A stretch of DNA of 58,584 bases. Source: Octopus sinensis (taxonomy: Eukaryota). Where the stretch lies: positions 1-58,584 of the forward strand of contig NW_021832585.1 in assembly GCF_006345805.1 (NCBI RefSeq), written 5' to 3'. Below the pieces are notes generated by a model that made no database searches, was not told where the DNA came from, and saw only the letters and a list, made by a program, of their open reading frames with translations. Below are positions 51,747 through 58,584 of the stretch, piece after piece (position 1 is the first letter of the stretch; each line of letters begins with the position of its first letter). A program made the translations under genes and the position numbers.

Positions 51747-52215
51747 TATCATAAGTTGAAGACGGGAAGGTGACTTCCCTTTGCAAATACTGACAGACAC
51801 AGATAGTGTGTCTATGGCCAGCTGGAGGAGTGTGTCCTCCTGGGGCTAACAACTACAGTAGCATCCACCCTTAGGGGTAGCCATATTGACATGGCAAAAA
51901 TACGTCACTATATATATATATATATATATATACAAAATACAGTTAGGATAATCGGCTCAGTATCACGAGAACGTGAGTTCCATATATGGTGGTGCGTTGT
52001 GTCTTACGCACTTTCACACAGCATAGGCTGAAAGGGGCGCTGAAAAGTTCCTAACTTTAAAGGTATCGAAAAAGGCCTGGCTGGAGGTCCAACCTTCCGA
52101 GTTCTTTTGCAGAGCTAAGAAAGACTGAAGGATCGCTGGAATAAGTGCGTGGATCTGAGAGGGGAAAATGTTGAATAAAATCATAATTAACTGATCCTAC
52201 ACACATATTTATATA

Positions 52216-52432
52216 CGAGGGGTTACTGAAAAGTTCCTAGCTTAAAAGGAGTCACGAAAGGCCTGGTTGGAAGCCCAACATTTTGAGTTCTTTTACAGGG
52301 TTTAGAAAAATTGAAGAACCACTGCAATAAGTGTGTCAATCTGAGAGGGGAATATGTTGAATAAAATCATAATTAACTGATCTCCCTGTATTTTCTTTTA
52401 CCCAAAGCCAGGAACTTTTCAGTACCCGCTCT
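52216..52432. mobile_element. Mariner-type MITE
   Basis: Imperfect TIRs CGAGGGGTTACTGAAAAGTTCCT / AGGAACTTTTCAGTACCCGCTC with TA flanks. Partial copies lie at ~3416-3580, ~38540-38680 and ~52030-52200. Confidence 0.75.
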
Positions 52433-53916
52433 TATAATGATTTATGAATTTCACAAAGATGAAAGAAGCAAAGACAACCTCAGCAGGATTTGAACTCAGA
52501 ACGTAAAGAACCGGAATTTTGAGTAATGCTCAACCGATCGTGATTAATAAGATATATTTTTGATTTCGAATTTTGGCACAAGGCCAGCGATTTTTAGGGG
52601 AGAGTGATTTAGTCGATTGCATTGATCCCAGTATATGATTGGTACTTTATTTTATCGACCCCGGAAGGATAGAAGTTAAGTGGAGGCGTATAGTTTAGTG
52701 GTCATGATCGTATGGTTGTGGTTTCGATTCCTGGACCAAGCGATGCATTGTGTTGTTGAGTAAAATACTCCATTTCATGTCGCTCCACTCCACTCAGCTG
52801 GCAAAAATGAGAAGTCCTGTGATGGACCGGCTTTCCGTCCAAGGGGGAAAATATTTACGCCACAAAAACCGGCTCTTTGAGTCTGTATGATTCGGGAAGG
52901 GATTTTAAACCAATTCTATCCAGTCGTGATAAAAGTAAAGTAGACCCCTGTGGGATTTGAAATCAGAAGCTAAAAACACCGGATTTTTATCATCGGAAGC
53001 CATGACCGGTCGAGATTTATCACATTATTATTAAGAATAGTTTGTCTTTGAAGATAAAAATATAAAATAAAGGAGAAACTGTTGATGCAAAAATAAGTAT
53101 AGCTTTGAGAAATAAATAGATTTTCGTAATTTATCGCTAAAGAAATAGCGTTATTCGACATCTCGAGGAAGTAAACCGTTATTAACACACGGAGACAGGT
53201 ATTACAGAGAAATGGTCAAGTTATAGATTATATATTATATCAGGAAATATTATATAGGAAAGATTGGAAATATTATATAAAATATGTTATTGAAAATATA
53301 TAAAATGTCTGACTGGAAATTTTATGTTGTAAACTTATTCAGATGTGTTATGTAACATATATTATTAAAGGTGTTGTGTAGAAAATCTTATTGAATATGT
53401 TATATAAAAATGCTATTGAAAATAAATCATCATGAGCACGTAAATGGTGAAAATCAAAATAATAAAGAGTATATTGGTTACCAATATTTTCTGAAAGATT
53501 TGAACGTGGCTATGCTAATCGCTGTTGTATTTTGCCTTTAGACGATATGTATTGACAGCGCACATAAGTCAGTGACGTAGGAGGACTTTGACACACCGGT
53601 GTTTCGACCTGATAATGCCACTTCAGTCAAATTTTGGCTCGCGTTAACTAATCTAAACAAGAATGACTGTTCATGCTGATATAATTCAGCAAACAAATCA
53701 TTTGCTGATGTTCTGAGTTTTGAAGAAAAAAAAGAAATTCGTGGAGTACATTGCAAAATATGTCAATACCTGTGTGCAGGTGTGGTTGGTTTGCTTTGTG
53801 TCTGCTTGGTTTGGGAGTTGGCAGAATCGTTAACAGGTCGGACAAGATGCTTAGCAGCCTTTCGTCCGTTCAGAGCTCAAATTCCACCGAGGTCGACTTT
53901 GGCTATTTCTTTACTA

Positions 53917-54519
53917 CCTATTTTTTTACTACCCACAAGGGGCTAAACACAGAGGGAACAAACAAGGACAGACAAACGGATTAAGTCGATTATATCGAAC
54001 CCAGTGCGTAACTGGTACTTAATTTATCGACCCCGAAATATTGAAAGGCAAAGTCGACCTCAGCGGAATTTGAACTCAGAACGTAACGGCAGACGAAATG
54101 CCTATTTCTTTACTACCCACAAGGGGCTAAACACAGAGGGAACAAACAAGGACAGACAAACGGATTAAGTCGATTATATCGAACCCAGTGCGTAACTGGT
54201 ATTTAATTTATCGACCCCGAAAGGATGAAAGGCAAAGTCGACCTCAGCGGAATTTGAACTCAGAACGTAACGGCAGACGAAATACCTATTTCTTTACTAC
54301 CCACAAGGGGCTAAACACAGAGAGGACAAACAAGGACAGACAAACGGATTAAGTCGATTATACCGAACCCAGTGCGTAACTAGTACTTAATTTATCGACC
54401 CTGAAAGGATGAAAGGCAAAGTCGACCTCGGCGGAATTTGAACTCAGAACGTAACGGCGGACGAAATACGGCTAAGCATTTCGCCCGGCGTGCTAACGTT
54501 TCTGCCAGCTCGCCGCCTT
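53917..54519 (-). mobile_element. SINE-C trimer: one head plus three 184-bp body units
   Basis: The cctattt junction occurs at 53917, 54101 and 54285 (period 184). Confidence 0.9.
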
Positions 54520-55509
54520 CTACATGACTAGCTTTCTATATAACTCCAAGTACATTATCCTCCATAGGTTGTAGAATTCAGTCGTGGTGTACTTTACCTT
54601 CATCACTTAATTTTTTCATAGTTTCGAGCAAATGAAGCAAGACCCCACCCACCCACCACGTCAAACTACGATGCAATCAATTATCTGCACCTAATCCGGC
54701 ATCTAAATGTTTCGAATCTTGTGTTTAGGCTAGAAATCAATGTTTGTACACTTATAATGCTCCCGGCAATGTTCTAAAGGTCATCAGATCGGTTTCTGGT
54801 TGCCAGTCACAGTTTGACAACATTACAGTTCACTTACCAAGTTAATTCGTTTCTTTTTCGCAATGTATTTATATTTCTATATTGCAATATTACACACACA
54901 CACACACACACACGCACACACATGCACAGCACACACACAAACGCGCGCGCGCACACACACACACACACACACAAACGCGCCCGCACACACACATACAAAC
55001 ACATTACGTTTTATTGTATTATATTTACATATGCAATTAAGCATACATATATACATACATTTATGTATACAAATACATACATACATACATACATACATAC
55101 ATGTATATATATGTATACACATATACACGTATATAGATAGATACATACTTACAGATAGATATATACATTAGCAAAGTTTAGGTTACTTAAAATGTTTGTG
55201 ACATTTTTGAACTGTTTATATATATATAAAATTTAATAAACATAATATAGGTTTTTGTGTGCTACTATTAGTTTCCTGTGATGAGAGCATGCCAAACAGT
55301 AGCTTTTAAGACGTAAGAGAAAAAGCGAGAAAAGGTGAAAAAGAAGTAAATAAAAAAAAAAGGTGGAAGGTTGAAAAATCAGAAAACAAAAAAGAAAACA
55401 GAAAGAAACAAACGCGTGTGGAATTAAATTTATTTCCCCTTCGACCGTATAGGCCCGAAAGATCGTGGTATAGCTGTTCAGTTCGGAGTGGGTGACACTT
55501 TCTAATTCG

Positions 55510-56925
55510 TCAACAGGAATTTAGCCATATGCTAACAATTGCTGAAAATTTTGGATCTAGAATTCAGCAGCGTGTTAGAAGTCTTAGATCTGAAAAGCAT
55601 CTTAATTTTTTCGGTTACGCACAGTTTACATCTTTTTGATCCATTAACATATGGTGTGGATTTTTCGACTATTTTTTCACTTTATCGTATGTGGTGTGGC
55701 GTTCCACTTCAAACCCTATACGTGGATGGCCAACTTAGTAGCTTTACTTTTGTCCCTGTGCCGGAAGGGATATGTGTGATTAGCGTAACGATTTTTGAAT
55801 ACATCTTAACATATCCCGATATAGCTCTTCTTATCGGTTGTGTTATCATCTAGCGCTGCTGTAACTACCGTCTAATATATGACGTATTTAAACATGTGGA
55901 GGCGCAATGGCCCAGTGGTTAGGGCAGCGGACTCGCGGTCATAGGATCGCGGTTTCGATTCCCAGACCGGGCGTTGTGAGTGTTTATTGAGCGAAAGCAC
56001 CTAAAGCTCCACGAGGCTCCGGCAGGGGATGGTGGTGATCCCTGCTGTACTCTTTCGCCACAACTTTCTCTCACTCTTACTTCCTGTTTCTGTTGTACCT
56101 GTATTTCAAAGGGCCGGCCTTGTCACTCTCTGTGTCACGCTGAATATCCCCGAGAACTACGTTAAGGGTGCACGTGTCTGTGGAGTGCTCAGCCACTTAC
56201 ACGTTAATTTCACGAGCAGGCTGTTCCGTTGATTCGGATCAACCGGAACCCTCATCGTCGTAACCGACGGAGTGCTTCCACAGTATTTAAACATACATTC
56301 CTGCGCCTTTACAGTTATAACTGCGAGTGGGCTCTTGGTGGTGTTTTCGTATAGTGATGTTTTTTATATTAGGGCAGCAGCTATATGATAATTCCACTGA
56401 GTGCCTGTTAAATGTTTTCCGGCACCTGAGATTTTCTGGAAAATGTTTGTCTAGGAAAGACAAGAATCTTTTACCTATGTTAGTTTTTACAGTAAGGGAA
56501 AGGGGTGTGTGCAAATTATTTTCCTAGATCTATTTTTAGGTCTATTATTATTTATCATTATTCCTGTTAATATTAGAGGGGCTATATATTATTTTCTACT
56601 GTAGACACTTGGCCCCAAATTTTGGGGAGGTGACCAGTCGATTAGATAGACCTCAGTACGCAACTGGTACTTAATTTATCGACCCCGAAAGGACGAAATG
56701 TAAAATCGACCTCGGCGGAATTTGAACTCAGAACGTAAAGATAGACAAAATACCCCTAAGCATTTCGCCCAGCGTGCTAACGATTCTGCTAGCTCGCCGC
56801 CTGCAGAGGGGTTATATATTAATGTATCCTTAAAGCCACCATTGGCTAGGGCATTTTTGTAGTAAGGGGCTACCTTCTCGAAAAAATTCTGTGGAAGAGA
56901 GGTTAGAAACTCTGTTACTAATGTT
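55510..56925 (-). mobile_element. Penelope-like element relic (RT thumb/linker plus GIY-YIG endonuclease), interrupted by SINE-A and SINE-C
   Basis: The minus strand gives VAPYYKNALANGGF, VKTNIGKRFLSFLDKHFP...TFNRHSVELSYSCCPNIK, VIY*TVV...KSYIGIC*DVFKNRYANH and NGSKRCKLCVTEK. The SINE-C insert at 56592-56804 has a 17-bp TSD agagggg(c/t)tatatatta. Confidence 0.88.
55896..56282 (+). mobile_element. SINE family A inserted in a Penelope-like element
   Basis: 12-bp TSD gtatttaaacat at 55884-55895 and 56283-56294. Confidence 0.92.
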
Positions 56926-57296
56926 AAAAATCAGACACATACACACATATATATACACACACATACAAATATATTCCTCTATGCACACAAACATATATAC
57001 TATACATGCATCTATTTATATATGTTTACATATACATACATACATACATATATATATGTATATATATATGTATATATATGTATATATATATATAATATAT
57101 ATATATAATAATAATTGGAATAATTATTAATTACACCCTTTATTGTTACTGAATTTCACCCTTATTGTTACTGATAATTTCACCCTTTATTGTTACTGAT
57201 AACTATATATTATATATATAGATGAGTGTATTTTTACCTTGTTAACAATTAACACGGAAAAATACTTGTTTAAACCTGCGTTAACTCCATTTTTTA

Positions 57297-57359
<63 letters not shown>

Positions 57360-57661
57360 TATATATATACATATATACAACTGCACACACACGCAGACAC
57401 ACACATATGCACACATAAATATCTCGAGTCATTGCGCTCTGAAACGGAATATACTTGCTACGAGGTAAGACCACAGGCGTTTCCTTTATATTGTATATCA
57501 GAAATTAACTCTTTCCATTTATTCATTCACAATAGAGACATATGTCATAGCTCGAAATAATCCATCATTTATATGAGCATTAGTTGAGCACCTTTCGTGC
57601 GAAAAATACCTCGCTAACACTAATTACCGTGTCCCATGTGCATAAGTGTTTTGCGGCAAAT

Positions 57662-57692
<31 letters not shown>

Positions 57693-57735
57693 CATTCAGG
57701 CATACATACATACATACATATATACATACACACAT

Positions 57736-57781
<46 letters not shown>

Positions 57782-58584
57782 GTGCATACATATACACATT
57801 CATACATAGATAAATACACACATATATACATGCATACACAGATACATACATATATACATACATGTATACACTCATACATAGATACATACGCATATACATT
57901 CATACACACATAGATACGTACATAAATACATACATACATATATACATTCATACATACATACATAGGTATGTACATATATGCATACATATGTGTGTGTGTG
58001 TGTGTATGTTATTGTATGTGTGTGTGTATGTGTGAGTATGTGTGTGTAAATCCTGGCTTCATCTGTTCAGACGAACATGGCTAGATCATTTAGAAGAAAA
58101 AATCTCCAGCTGGCAAATCTGTCGATATATTGTAGTAGAAATAATGAGTCCGGTGAAAAGTACTTTGCGTCATACTGAGACACTTCGATGGCCGGTTAGC
58201 AAAAACACTGGGCAATGTTTTATAGCAAGAAGTAGGAAAGGTAATCTGTCTACCTAGGATTTTACCTATTAGTATTTTTGATAAAGCTGACGTGGATAAA
58301 GATCAGAGAAGTTCGACAAAAGACATTGACGTGATAATACATTATAATAGTTTCCGACTTTGACACAAGGCCAGCAATTTTGAAGGATACAGACATACAT
58401 ATATATGTATGTGTGTATGTATATATATATATATATATATAACGTGATCACGTGACCGACCAGACCATCAGATGTTGCTACACATCGCTGTTCACAATGC
58501 GTTCGCATTGTTTTAGCCTTCGAATTGACGCCACCCCGCTGGCTAAGCGAGCAGGCCAACAAAAGAAAGAGTGAGAGAAAGAGT

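Larger units (their letters stand above)
50865..51908 (+). mobile_element. Retrozyme-like / non-autonomous Penelope-type locus: ~352-bp hammerhead unit, one inverted copy (50865-51212) plus two direct copies (~51228-51578, ~51579-51908)
   Basis: Direct and inverted near-identity is visible by eye. Each copy carries one HHR motif. There is no credible ORF. The locus ends in (TA)n at 51909. Confidence 0.85.

Noticed and set aside
53538-53756. 72-aa minus-strand ORF behind an acceptor-like site
   Set aside because: No recognisable domain, no convincing donor and no partner exons.

Overview
AT-rich, microsatellite-dense animal genomic DNA. The SINE repertoire looks like Octopus/coleoid cephalopod (inferred from recognition, not a database search). 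Nearly all ORFs in the supplied track are translations of microsatellites or SINEs. The only host gene I can support is a + strand ADAMTS/ADAMTS-like gene, seen as four small phase-compatible exons (17006-17078, 19543-19645, 20747-20904, 31823-31943). They encode the end of a TSP1 repeat, the Cys-rich domain and the start of the spacer. The rest is intronic or intergenic repeat: three abundant tRNA-SINE families (called A, B, C here), R4/Dong-like and RTE LINE fragments, two Penelope-like GIY-YIG fragments, Tc1/mariner and hAT relics, Helitrons and tandem arrays. The main hidden signal is about 13 minimal type-I hammerhead ribozyme (HHR) motifs from about 7 sequence families, most with a family-specific palindromic stem III. 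They include (i) a retrozyme-like locus at 50865-51908, a highly structured ~352-nt HHR unit present as one inverted plus two tandem copies and predicted to release a ~354-nt circularisable RNA; (ii) a tRNA-headed SINE carrying an HHR (18250-18566); (iii) an HHR with a natural G3-C8 compensatory core swap (22665-22715); and (iv) HHRs with very long stem II.
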